Source: Desulfarculia bacterium (GTDB taxonomy: Bacteria > Desulfobacterota > Desulfarculia > Adiutricales > JAGVGV01). From it: a stretch of DNA of 64,000 nucleotides. The DNA is taken from contig OY759590.1 in the NCBI GenBank assembly GCA_963662445.1, positions 2,560,249-2,624,248 on the forward strand, read 5' to 3'. The translations under genes and the position numbers were made by a program. This document shows, one piece after another, positions 9,020 to 18,497 of this stretch (position 1 is its first letter; each line of letters starts with the position of its first letter). The notes below the pieces were generated by a model, which saw nothing but the letters and a program-made list of their open reading frames with translations, was not told where the DNA came from and ran no database searches.

Positions 9020-10343
9020 ATATTATCTGTCTACGGAGGAATACAGGCAGATTTCAGCGAAACCGACCAATAGATATCTTGGTAGATATTTGCCACTTTT
9101 AATTCTGATTTTGGCAACTGCCATATTCTGGGGACCGGTAAAATATAAATTGATCGTGCTCATGAAAGTGCCTTTTGTCGACTATAAACAACATATTGAT
9201 ATTGCACTAAAGTTTGCTGAATGTGGAGAAATAAAGATACCATACTTCCTCTTTCATGTCATTACCGCAGGCATTCATTGGCTAACAGGCTTGGAGATTC
9301 GCTTGTCGGCCTATCTGTCTGATATGATGGCCATCATTTTGACCGCAGTTATTATGTTTCATTTTATTACTTCTGAGATTCCATCAGAGCACCTTTTTAA
9401 AGGCAGGCTGGTCGCTATTCCCATGACTTTCTTCGCTTTACTTTTTGCCCCTATTGCGTTCAACGGCTTTATGTCGAGCGCGCCTCTTGGCTCATGGTTG
9501 AGATATTTGTCATTTTACACCGGTTATTTTCATAGTGCCAATATATATCACAACCCGACTTTGTTGATGTTAAAACCAATCGCATTGTTATTATTCTGGA
9601 AATATGCTGCCATTATCAGTAAGTTTTATGCTCCGGACACACGACAGTTTAGTTTGCGTTCTGGCTTGGTAATGGTCTTGCTAATTATCTTTAACGCATT
9701 AGCTAAGCCTAATCTGTTAATCTGCTTTCTGCCAACTGTAACTATGACAATTCTCTATTTTTTTGTGATGGCTTTAAAATGTCGAGGAAATTATGCGTCT
9801 TCATTTTTCCTGTCAAGAATTAAATTCATAATATTATACGCATTTGGACCAACATTTATCGTTTTGTTAATTCAATACGCTTTCATGTTTCTAAATATAT
9901 TTGATTTGGATATAAAAGATGTTAGCCTAAAATTTGCTCCATTTGCTGTACTTGCTAACAACTTCACGTTAATATCCTTTGGGGCCAATTTTACTCTATC
10001 TGTTGCCTTTTTGATGTCTGTATATTTACTATTTCGTATGAAATTTGTTCGAAATATTTACACAATATTGGCGACTGTTCTCACTGTTGTAGGATTACTA
10101 TATGTCATACTATTTGCGGATTATATTAACCATAAGCTATCCAACGCTGGAAATCTATTTTGGAGTCTTCAGATCACACTTTTTATCACCGTCGCTGTTA
10201 CTATGAAATTTATGACTCATAATATGGTCAACTTTCACCAGCTGTCACCCCGAGATAGAACCCTTACCTTGATATCATTGACTATTTTGTCCATTCATAT
10301 TTTTTCCGGACTGTATTGGTATATTTCACTTCTTCACATTTAG
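8985..10343 (+). CDS. polytopic membrane protein, candidate GT-C glycosyltransferase or polymerase
   Basis: 452-aa, very hydrophobic, AT-rich ORF with at least 10 predicted helices by eye. No diagnostic motif was recognised. The start is uncertain (35-nt overlap with the upstream gene). Confidence 0.4.
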   Translation: MCWELWWQPVAEYYLSTEEYRQISAKPTNRYLGRYLPLLILILATAIFWGPVKYKLIVLMKVPFVDYKQHIDIALKFAECGEIKIPYFLFHVITAGIHWLTGLEIRLSAYLSDMMAIILTAVIMFHFITSEIPSEHLFKGRLVAIPMTFFALLFAPIAFNGFMSSAPLGSWLRYLSFYTGYFHSANIYHNPTLLMLKPIALLLFWKYAAIISKFYAPDTRQFSLRSGLVMVLLIIFNALAKPNLLICFLPTVTMTILYFFVMALKCRGNYASSFFLSRIKFIILYAFGPTFIVLLIQYAFMFLNIFDLDIKDVSLKFAPFAVLANNFTLISFGANFTLSVAFLMSVYLLFRMKFVRNIYTILATVLTVVGLLYVILFADYINHKLSNAGNLFWSLQITLFITVAVTMKFMTHNMVNFHQLSPRDRTLTLISLTILSIHIFSGLYWYISLLHI

Positions 10344-10357
10344 GGTTAATATACTCT

Positions 10358-11893
10358 ATGACACAATCAGCACTGCCCTCATTAAGGAATTACTGCCGGA
10401 ACTTAATATCCATGTTGGGATCGATTTCTCGCGGAATCGAGTCGGCCATGCTTGCTTTTGCCGCAGTTGTTTGTGCTTATCTGTTTGTATTTGTAATAAA
10501 TGATATTTCAATATGGGACTATTCACCATTCGAAAGCGATGCCATTTCTTATCTACTTCAAATTCGCTCTGCGGCGCATTATGGATTAGCCTCTGGTGCT
10601 TACGGAATCCAGGAATTTGCGGCATGGTTTTCACCTTCACCATTTGGAGTTCATGGCCCTCAATTTCCCTTGTCCTATGGCACCATTTTGGCGCCGTTCT
10701 CGTGGACAGATGCAAATCCATTGTTGCTGAATCATATTCTCTTTGGCCTTGCTCTATTTTATTTTTTAACCCGCTATAATGCCGGTAATTTAGATAATCT
10801 TCTATTTACCATATTTGCTGTTACATACTGGCCTATAAGCCTGATGCTGTCCATATGCATGCAGGAAGCTTTTTTAGGTTCTTTGGCCTTGGTTAGTTGT
10901 GGATTTTTGTACAAAAAAGATACAAGTAGACGTGGTTTCTGCTTTTCAATGGTTTGCTCAATATTTTCTGGCATTACCCGTCCGCTATACGCTTTCTATT
11001 TAGTAGCTGTGACGCTTCCTGGACCAGTGAAAACCTGGAAACGGGCAATTATCTTATTGGTCGGCATCGGGTGCAGTCTTGTTTTGTCTATGTTAGTTTT
11101 TTGGATGCTTTCTGCCTCGCCAGATTCTCCTTTTGCGACAGGACCTTCTCAAGAGAGAATCAGTCCAGTTATAGGTGATTTTATTCAGAGTAAAATAACC
11201 AATGGAGGCCAAAATCTTCTTGAGAATGTAAAAAGGTCTTGGATATTATTGGGATCATATACTGTTGAGTCGCATCTCATTTTTGTTTCTGTCATTTTGG
11301 TAGTTTTCCTAATTTGTTTTTCTGTGCCTAATCCATTACAAAGTGATGAGTTTCCATTGCTCATTATATTCTTATGGGCAATTATTATAAATATGATATT
11401 CTATAGAGTTCAAGGCTACATATTCTTCAGAATGATAGGTCCTGTGGTATTATTTTTATCGCCTTTTATATTAAGAAAGCGTATAGTAATTATCTCTCTA
11501 ATCATCATCAATTTTATATATCTTCCGGCGGCAGACGATTTCGTCAAGAATTATAGAGCACGTTCTTTTGTTATAGATTCAAACCATACCAATTTAAGAG
11601 GGATCAGAGAAATACTGTCACAGTTATCATTTGATCCTTTAGGAGATCGCTGGGATAATTCGATAGCAATTATAGATTCTCCAGAATTACTGCGCTATTT
11701 GCCCAGTTTACCGGTAGGATTTGGCTTTCATGTCTTTCGCAAGTTCAAAAAATCATACCAGCCAAAATGTCGCTACATCCTTGCAAAAAGAAAAGTAGTG
11801 ATAGAAGTATTGTCAGATGATAAAATACACAGTATAGCTGATGGTTATGTGCTCTACGACTTAAGAAAACTGGAACCACATCATGCGCGATGA
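10358..11893 (+). CDS. polytopic membrane protein, candidate GT-C (ArnT/PMT-like) glycosyltransferase
   Basis: About 511 aa. The first loop after TM1 carries an acidic motif (WDYSPFESDAISY) reminiscent of the GT-C catalytic loop. It has many TM segments and a soluble C-terminal tail. Confidence 0.45.
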   Translation: MTQSALPSLRNYCRNLISMLGSISRGIESAMLAFAAVVCAYLFVFVINDISIWDYSPFESDAISYLLQIRSAAHYGLASGAYGIQEFAAWFSPSPFGVHGPQFPLSYGTILAPFSWTDANPLLLNHILFGLALFYFLTRYNAGNLDNLLFTIFAVTYWPISLMLSICMQEAFLGSLALVSCGFLYKKDTSRRGFCFSMVCSIFSGITRPLYAFYLVAVTLPGPVKTWKRAIILLVGIGCSLVLSMLVFWMLSASPDSPFATGPSQERISPVIGDFIQSKITNGGQNLLENVKRSWILLGSYTVESHLIFVSVILVVFLICFSVPNPLQSDEFPLLIIFLWAIIINMIFYRVQGYIFFRMIGPVVLFLSPFILRKRIVIISLIIINFIYLPAADDFVKNYRARSFVIDSNHTNLRGIREILSQLSFDPLGDRWDNSIAIIDSPELLRYLPSLPVGFGFHVFRKFKKSYQPKCRYILAKRKVVIEVLSDDKIHSIADGYVLYDLRKLEPHHAR

Positions 11894-12149
11894 AAAATTA
11901 CCAATACAAATATGATTCAGAAAATAGAGTAGGTGTGTAAGGTGGTATGGGCAACGCTTAAGCGATTTATTCAGCGGAATTTAAAGAAAGATACCTAGTG
12001 AGGCATAGGGAGGCACGTAGATTCTACGTGCAGGCTGCTCCTCGTTTTTATAAAGGGGCAGGAGTGAGAATCCGCTGAATCTGATGATTATTTTTGTGGG
12101 CGCCCGGAAGTTTATGGAAACGCTATGGGATGTTTTCCTGGATAGACCG

Positions 12150-12480
12150 GCTCGGTTATGGCTGATGCACGGAAATCAGGATTTCAATGGAAGGAAAAGG
12201 GACGATTGGGCACGTCACAATCGAACGGCTCTGGTTGTCCCTGAAGTGTGAATGCCTCTAACTGCATGCCTTGGAGACTTGCTACCAGGCCAGGAAAGGC
12301 ATCGGAGACTGGCTTGATTACTACAACCAGAGCCGGCCCCACTCCAGTCTGGACGGCATGACCCGGATGAGGCATACTGGGGCCTGTCTGAGATGCGGAG
12401 AACTGAAGCGGCGGCATGAAAACAACCCAAGCCATCCACCTTAAGAAAGCCGCCATTATGTCCAAACAATGGGGACCACC
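12150..12480 (+). mobile_element. IS3-family transposase (OrfB) 3' remnant
   Basis: Translates as ..EIRISMEGKGTIGHVTIERLWLSLKCECL*LHALETCYQARKGIGDWLDYYNQSRPHSSLDGMT, then a frameshift, then ..HLKKAAIMSKQWGPPL. This is the conserved integrase C-terminus, with one in-frame TAA and one missing C. No 5' part and no inverted repeats were identified. Confidence 0.75.
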
Positions 12481-12630
12481 TCTTTGTGGCGCGCAGGCAA
12501 GGGGGCTTTTCAGGTCTGGCCAACTTCTGGAGTTTAGGGCAAAAAGGTCTTAACGTGATAGAATCAGGGAAACAATTCTGTCCCTCAAAACAAGGCAGGT
12601 AGGCCATTGCGCGGAGCAAGGTTAAAAAAA

Positions 12631-13770
12631 ATGAACGAATTCGTCCCTTTCAACAAACCATATATCGCAGGCAAGGAGCTGTATTACATTGCTCAGGCCG
12701 TTATCAGCAACAGCCGCATATCCGGTGACGGACCCTTCACAAACCTGTGCCAGAAATGGCTGGAAGACAATCTGAACTGCCGGAAGGTTCTGCTGACTCA
12801 TTCCTGTACGGCCGCGCTGGAGATGAGCGCCTTGCTCTGCGGAATCGGTCCCGGTGACGAAGTCATCATGCCTTCGTTCACCTTTGTCTCCACGGCCAAT
12901 GCCTTTGTTCTGCGCGGCGCGGTTCCGGTGTTTGTGGATATCCGTGAGGACGACCTGAACATTGATGAGAACCTGGCGGCCGACGCCGTTACCCCGAGGA
13001 CAAAAGCCATTGTGCCGGTGCATTATGCGGGTATTCCGTGTGATATGGAGGCTATCGTCAGCCTGGCCCGGAGCCGGGGATTGCGAGTCATCGAGGATGC
13101 GGCTCAGGGGCTGCTTTCAAAATACCAGGAACAGTATCTGGGAACGATCGGCGATCTGGGGTGTCTGAGCTTCCACGAAACAAAGAACATAATCAGCGGA
13201 GAAGGCGGGGCCCTGCTGATCAATGACCCGGAACTGCGGGAGAGAGCCGAAATCATCTGGGAGAAGGGCACCAACCGGAAACGGTTCTTCCGCGGCGAGG
13301 TGGACAAGTATACCTGGGTGGATGTGGGCTCATCGTATCTGCCCAGCGATATCATTGCGGCCTTTTTGTTCGCCCAACTGGAGATGGCTGAGACCATAAT
13401 ATCCGCCAGACGCAACATTTTTCGGCGCTATCTGGATGGGCTGGGGGGCCTTGAAGCGAAAGGCTGCATCAGGCTGCCGTTTATCGGCCAGAATGGAACC
13501 GGCAATGGGCATATAATGTATATCCTGACGGAGTCACTTGCGGCCCGCACCAGACTGATCGAGCACCTGAACAACCGCGACATCAAATCGGTATTCCATT
13601 ATGTCCCGCTGCATTCATCGCCCATGGGGGAGAAATGCTGCCGCACTTATGGACCAATGAAAGTGACAGACAGTATCAGCGACCGCCTGCTTCGTTTGCC
13701 CATGTTCTATGAAATGTCGCACGATGATGTTGACCGGGTTGTTCAGGCTTTATGTGATTTTTATGAATAG
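12631..13770 (+). CDS. wecE: dTDP-4-amino-4,6-dideoxygalactose (dTDP-4-keto-6-deoxyglucose) transaminase
   Basis: Near-colinear with my recollection of E. coli WecE/RffA: FNKPY..GKEL.Y, LLTHSCTAALEMSALL, GDEVIMPSFTFVSTANAFVLRGA, FHETKN, EKGTNR..FFRGEVDKYTWVDVGSSYL, FHYVPLH, RLLRLP. Confidence 0.9.
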   Translation: MNEFVPFNKPYIAGKELYYIAQAVISNSRISGDGPFTNLCQKWLEDNLNCRKVLLTHSCTAALEMSALLCGIGPGDEVIMPSFTFVSTANAFVLRGAVPVFVDIREDDLNIDENLAADAVTPRTKAIVPVHYAGIPCDMEAIVSLARSRGLRVIEDAAQGLLSKYQEQYLGTIGDLGCLSFHETKNIISGEGGALLINDPELRERAEIIWEKGTNRKRFFRGEVDKYTWVDVGSSYLPSDIIAAFLFAQLEMAETIISARRNIFRRYLDGLGGLEAKGCIRLPFIGQNGTGNGHIMYILTESLAARTRLIEHLNNRDIKSVFHYVPLHSSPMGEKCCRTYGPMKVTDSISDRLLRLPMFYEMSHDDVDRVVQALCDFYE

Positions 13771-13874
13771 GAATTCATGACGGGTTCCATAGGTATTCTG
13801 TCTGTTGAATAATCACGGCTGTTGCGGTTCTACTGAAGTGACTGCCCGGATTAGACCGGTTAAGGATAATATTG

Positions 13875-15998
13875 ATGACTAAGCCCAATATTTCAACCGC
13901 CAGGTGGCTGGCTCTGCAAATATTTCTGTTCGCATTATACTTCGCTCTGTCATGCCTTTACTATCACTTCTATTTGACCAATGAATACACGCCTGGTGGT
14001 GATGGAGGCAGGATATATACCTACTTGAAGTACATGGAGAAGGTTCCCGAGATCATCCCTTTCTGGCAGGCTCATAAATATCATGGTTATCCTCTCCTGG
14101 CCGATCCGGAAAATCACATGCTGTGGAGTCTTTTTCTTGATACGGAATCACCTTATTTCAATATTCAACTTAATATGGTTTTTTTCACACTGACAGCGGT
14201 GTTCGCCTTCTGCTGCCGCGGTATCGGCAGAATACTTGGTTTTTCCGAAGTGGCTGCTTTCGCTGTTGGCCTTGTTTCAATCAGTTGTGTGCCTATGGTG
14301 AGAGTGTTCATGCATGGGTCGTTGTCCTCACTGCAGCCTACGGTTTTTATTTATGTTTCCATATTCATGATATTGTATTTTGTACAGAGCCAAAATACCA
14401 AGTCTGTCTTACTGTTATTGATCTCATCTCTGCTTATGGCGGCAGCCTTAGTCACCACAGGATATTACTTTCCTTTGGCGGCTTTTCCGCCATTGGTTAT
14501 AGGACTGTCCTGTCTGTATCTGAGCAAAGAAACAAGGGCTAGGCAGATCGCTGCCCGCATATTTGTAGTCTTGTCCATCATCTCGGTTTTGACTCTTTTG
14601 TTTTCTCTTCCTTTGGTTTTGCCGGTTATTGACGGAGTTGTTTCGTCCCGGATATTTTTCTCGGATTCTCCCGTCATTAATGTCACTGATGCCCCATTAT
14701 ATAATTTTTATCTTGGACTTTGGCCTTTCATATTGCTGGCTGTTATCTATGCCAGGGGAACTCTCAGGCGCTGTGCAACATTGTTTGCGATTTTGGGAAG
14801 TGTCAATTTAATTCTTATCTTATTGGAAATTGCCGGTTGTGCCCTGTTTTTTGACGTTTGGTCTCAGATACCAATTCTGCGGAATATACGCTGGCAACAT
14901 CCGTTTACCGAGTTGGCCAGCATCGGAGCTGCGTTCTGCCTGGGTATATATCTTGATGCAAGTAGGACAAAGGAGGCTATAGAACCACCACAGACAAAAT
15001 TTGTTCTGATTGGGGGATTTTGTCTACTGATGGCAGTTCTGGCCTTTGGGCAATATCAAAATGGGGATGAATACCATCAGATTGTTATCAGTCTTCTTTT
15101 CATTTTGGTAGCCCTGGTCGGTAGAAGATTTAGAATTGCTTTGTCTCTATCTCTGGCAATATTGCTGCTTATGATCGTTAATTTTGAAAAGTGTCCTCTG
15201 GGAAATCAGCTTTATAAGGCCACCAATTCGCAAAAAATCCAGACATATGTTGGACCATACAGATGGATGGGGGGGTACGGATACGACGAATTTACCCCCA
15301 GTTTCGCTTATGGCAAGTATTCAATGGTTTTTATTAAAGAATACAGAAACATACTGTCGGTAATGACCGGTGTTGAGATTATGGCTCAGCGCCCGCATTG
15401 GGTAGGACTTTATGAAGAAATTGACGAGACCAAGGTAAACAAGAGAGTGGAACGCCTTATGGCTATAGATAATCCAGTCAGAAAGAAAGCGAAACGTAAA
15501 GACAGGAAGAATTACAAAATAAGGCCTTTCAGGGTGTATGACCGGTGGGTCGTTCTCGACGACGAGAACGCTTTAAAGATGATGACGGATGGAACTTTTT
15601 CGGTCAATGGTCCAATAATTTTGGCTCAGGAGCCACCCTTTGAAAAAGACGCCAATAAAAGGAAGTTAAATTGGGATGCTAAATTAACCGGAAAGACCGC
15701 AGATACATTGACTTTGCATGTAAAAACGGACAGGAACAGTATCTTATTTATACCAGAGATATATCATCGAGATTGGACCGCGGAGGTGGATGGCGAAAGG
15801 GCTCCTGTAATCAAGGCCTACGCTTCAATGCGCGCAGTACCAATCGGATCGGGGGAACATACGATTGTCCTGCGGTTTGTTTACCGGCCATTTTACTGGG
15901 GCTTGGCCATTTCGGGATTCATGTTATTTTTCTCTTTCTTATTACTGCTTGTTTTTCGAGATAAGGTACATCGCTACTTGAGTTTTCAACCTCTGTAG
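13875..15998 (+). CDS. YfhO-family (GT-C) membrane glycosyltransferase
   Basis: About 707 aa with many N-terminal TM helices, a soluble domain, and a C-terminal block DWTAEVDGERAPVIKAYASMRAVPIGSGEHTIVLRFVYRPFYWGLAISG followed by a final TM. This matches the YfhO C-terminus as I remember it. Confidence 0.62.
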   Translation: MTKPNISTARWLALQIFLFALYFALSCLYYHFYLTNEYTPGGDGGRIYTYLKYMEKVPEIIPFWQAHKYHGYPLLADPENHMLWSLFLDTESPYFNIQLNMVFFTLTAVFAFCCRGIGRILGFSEVAAFAVGLVSISCVPMVRVFMHGSLSSLQPTVFIYVSIFMILYFVQSQNTKSVLLLLISSLLMAAALVTTGYYFPLAAFPPLVIGLSCLYLSKETRARQIAARIFVVLSIISVLTLLFSLPLVLPVIDGVVSSRIFFSDSPVINVTDAPLYNFYLGLWPFILLAVIYARGTLRRCATLFAILGSVNLILILLEIAGCALFFDVWSQIPILRNIRWQHPFTELASIGAAFCLGIYLDASRTKEAIEPPQTKFVLIGGFCLLMAVLAFGQYQNGDEYHQIVISLLFILVALVGRRFRIALSLSLAILLLMIVNFEKCPLGNQLYKATNSQKIQTYVGPYRWMGGYGYDEFTPSFAYGKYSMVFIKEYRNILSVMTGVEIMAQRPHWVGLYEEIDETKVNKRVERLMAIDNPVRKKAKRKDRKNYKIRPFRVYDRWVVLDDENALKMMTDGTFSVNGPIILAQEPPFEKDANKRKLNWDAKLTGKTADTLTLHVKTDRNSILFIPEIYHRDWTAEVDGERAPVIKAYASMRAVPIGSGEHTIVLRFVYRPFYWGLAISGFMLFFSFLLLLVFRDKVHRYLSFQPL

Positions 15999-16115
15999 GC
16001 AGGCTGGTCTGGCCGTCAGTCTAAGCAGGGCATTGCATGGGATTCTATTCATTAGGGGCTTGCTTCGGATACTCAAAACTGATATATCGTTCCCAGAGTT
16101 ACGGAGGCAGAAACG

Positions 16116-17303
16116 ATGGCTGATATATTGATATTGGGCGGAGATGGTTATCTGGGCTGGCCCACGGCCATGTATTTTTCCAGTCAAGGGCATAGCGTGA
16201 CCGTGGCCGATAACTATTTTCGGCGCAACGCCTGCACTGAGCTGGATGTCGGCATGCTCTACCAGGTGCCTACACTTGCCAACCGAGCGAGGCTCTGGTA
16301 CGAGTTGACCGGCCGGGAGATAAAGGTCGTCGTCGGCGATCTGAGCGATGCAGAAGTCATGCGTTCATTCTTCGACGGCAGGGTTAAGTATCAATGGGCT
16401 GTCGACTCAGCTTTCAAAGGCGCACCCGAGGCGGTAGTCCATTATGCCGAGCAGCCATCGGCACCGTACTCGCTTATAGATTACAAATACGCCAATTTCA
16501 CTCTGACCAACAACCTTCTGGTTACCAATAACCTCATGTTCGCGGTGCGTGATTTTTCCCGGGAAACTCACATTATCAAGCTGGGAACCATGGGGGAATA
16601 CGGGACGCCCAATATTGATATTGAAGAAGGCTGGTTAGAGATTGAGCATAAGGGCCGGAAAGGCAGATTTTTGTTTCCCAGGCAGGCAGGTTCGTTGTAC
16701 CATACCACAAAGGTCATGGATACCGACCTGCTGTGGTTTGGTGTGCGCATGTGGGACCTTAGGGTCACAGACCTCATGCAGGGCCCTGTCTACGGCCTGG
16801 AGACAGAAGAATCGGCCGCCGATCCTCGGTTGCGGACCATATTCAATTATGACGAAGTGTTCGGCACAGTGCTGAACAGGTTCATCACCCAGGCTGTGGT
16901 GGGATATCCTTTGACGGTCTATGGCCAAGGCGGCCAGACCAGGGGATACCTGAACATCAAGGACACATTGCAGTGTGTGGGCAAGTCTCTTGAGACGCCG
17001 GCCGGAAAAGGCGAGCTGCGGATATTCAATCAGATCATGGAAACATTCAGTGTTTCCGAGCTGGCTGAATTGACGAAGAAGGTCGGTGATGCTCTTGGGT
17101 TTGATGTGGAGATCAAAAGCATCGATAACCCGCGGAAGGAAGCGGAAGAGCATTATTACAATCCTACCTATCAGGGGCTGGTGGATATTGGGGTTGAGCC
17201 ACATTACCTGACCGAAGAGGTCATGAAAGGCATGTTCCGGATCGTGGCCGAACACCGGGACAGTATCAGGCGCGATGTGATTTTCAGAGGGATTAAGTGG
17301 TGA
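16116..17303 (+). CDS. sqdB: UDP-sulfoquinovose synthase
   Basis: Long identical strings to plant SQD1 / bacterial SqdB as recalled: ILGGDGY.GWPTA, KLGTMGEYGTPNIDIEEG, GGQTRGYL.I.DT.QCV, FNQ..E.FSV.ELA, NPR.EAEEHYYN, G.EPHYL. Confidence 0.9.
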   Translation: MADILILGGDGYLGWPTAMYFSSQGHSVTVADNYFRRNACTELDVGMLYQVPTLANRARLWYELTGREIKVVVGDLSDAEVMRSFFDGRVKYQWAVDSAFKGAPEAVVHYAEQPSAPYSLIDYKYANFTLTNNLLVTNNLMFAVRDFSRETHIIKLGTMGEYGTPNIDIEEGWLEIEHKGRKGRFLFPRQAGSLYHTTKVMDTDLLWFGVRMWDLRVTDLMQGPVYGLETEESAADPRLRTIFNYDEVFGTVLNRFITQAVVGYPLTVYGQGGQTRGYLNIKDTLQCVGKSLETPAGKGELRIFNQIMETFSVSELAELTKKVGDALGFDVEIKSIDNPRKEAEEHYYNPTYQGLVDIGVEPHYLTEEVMKGMFRIVAEHRDSIRRDVIFRGIKW

Positions 17304-17308
17304 AGGTA

Positions 17309-18007
17309 ATGGCCAATTTTATATCCCGATTATCTGCTTCATATAACTGGCTAAAACGAAAGAGAGTCCGAAGGCCATGGCCGGAAGGTGAGGCAGGATT
17401 AAAAAAACGTGACCATAGGCGAATGGTTGGGGCTCGATGGGATGAACTCGGGCCTTTACAGTTTAATTTCATGACTGAAGTGGCTGGATTAAAGCCGGAT
17501 GATATTTTTTTGGAGATATCCTGTGGATCATTCCGGGCAGGGCGCTTCTTTATACAATATCTTAATGAAGGTAATTACTTAGGTATTGATAAGCAAGAAG
17601 TTCTAGTGAGGGAAGGCAAGCAACATGAAATACCTGCCCATATATGGAACGATAAAAAACCAGAAATAGTTATATCCGGTGAGTTTGATTTTAATAAGTT
17701 TTCGAAAACACCTGGGCTATCATTGGAGCAATCTCTTTTCACACATCTTACACCAAGAGATATCATAAAATGTCTAAGAAAACTTTCTCAATATGTAAGT
17801 TCATGCCATCGTTTCTATGCTACATTCAATGAAACAGATACGCCGCCATATTATATATTACCATCACATTCTAGTCGTTTCGACTATTCTTTTAAGCAAA
17901 TTGCAACTTGGGGGAAACGTTATGGATGGGATTGTACTTACATTGGGAGCTGGGGGCATCCACTTGATCAGAAGATGATAATGTTTGAGAGAAAGGATGA
18001 GCATTGA
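17309..18007 (+). CDS. putative SAM-dependent methyltransferase-like protein
   Basis: FLEISCGSFRAGRFFIQYL..YLGIDK resembles motif I / post-I of class I methyltransferases. AT-rich. The start is 17309 ATG or 17297 GTG. Confidence 0.4.
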   Translation: MANFISRLSASYNWLKRKRVRRPWPEGEAGLKKRDHRRMVGARWDELGPLQFNFMTEVAGLKPDDIFLEISCGSFRAGRFFIQYLNEGNYLGIDKQEVLVREGKQHEIPAHIWNDKKPEIVISGEFDFNKFSKTPGLSLEQSLFTHLTPRDIIKCLRKLSQYVSSCHRFYATFNETDTPPYYILPSHSSRFDYSFKQIATWGKRYGWDCTYIGSWGHPLDQKMIMFERKDEH

Positions 18008-18296
18008 ATTATAAACAGGCAACCATGAATGAATGTTGTTAGATGACAAGGGGTCTTAATTTGACGATAATGGCATAACTTTGTGGACAAATAGTTGGTA
18101 GCCTGAAGATAGTTTACGTAGTGAAAAAATTTGAGATGTAAACATTTTTTAGCATAGAATCCTTAGGTGGTGGGTAATAATTAGATTACAATCATTTTTG
18201 CTTATAGTAGTATGAAGCAATTAATAATGTGTAAGTTGAGGGGTGTTGGTAATGACTTTGAAGAGAAATTTAATCGATGATGATAGTGATATTATA

Positions 18297-18380
18297 CCAT
18301 GTGGCCTGCACAGAGATTCACTTTTTGCTGATAGAAAAAGCCATCTTAAGAAAGCCGCCATACTGTCCAAACAATGTTGA
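18297..18380 (+). mobile_element. second short IS3-type transposase 3'-end scar
   Basis: CTTAAGAAAGCCGCCATACTGTCCAAACAATG (18344-18375) matches 12440-12471 at 30 of 32 positions. Weaker similarity extends upstream (TGGCCTGCACAGAGAT versus TGGGGCCTGTCTGAGAT). Confidence 0.5.
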
Positions 18381-18497
18381 CTACCTCTAATTTCTAATAC
18401 CCCATGGGCATTGATGGGAGTTGTTGAAATAGATGACAATTGTCGATAAGTTGTATAAAGTCGTAATTAGGGGTTTGAACGGGGTCTATTAGACGGC

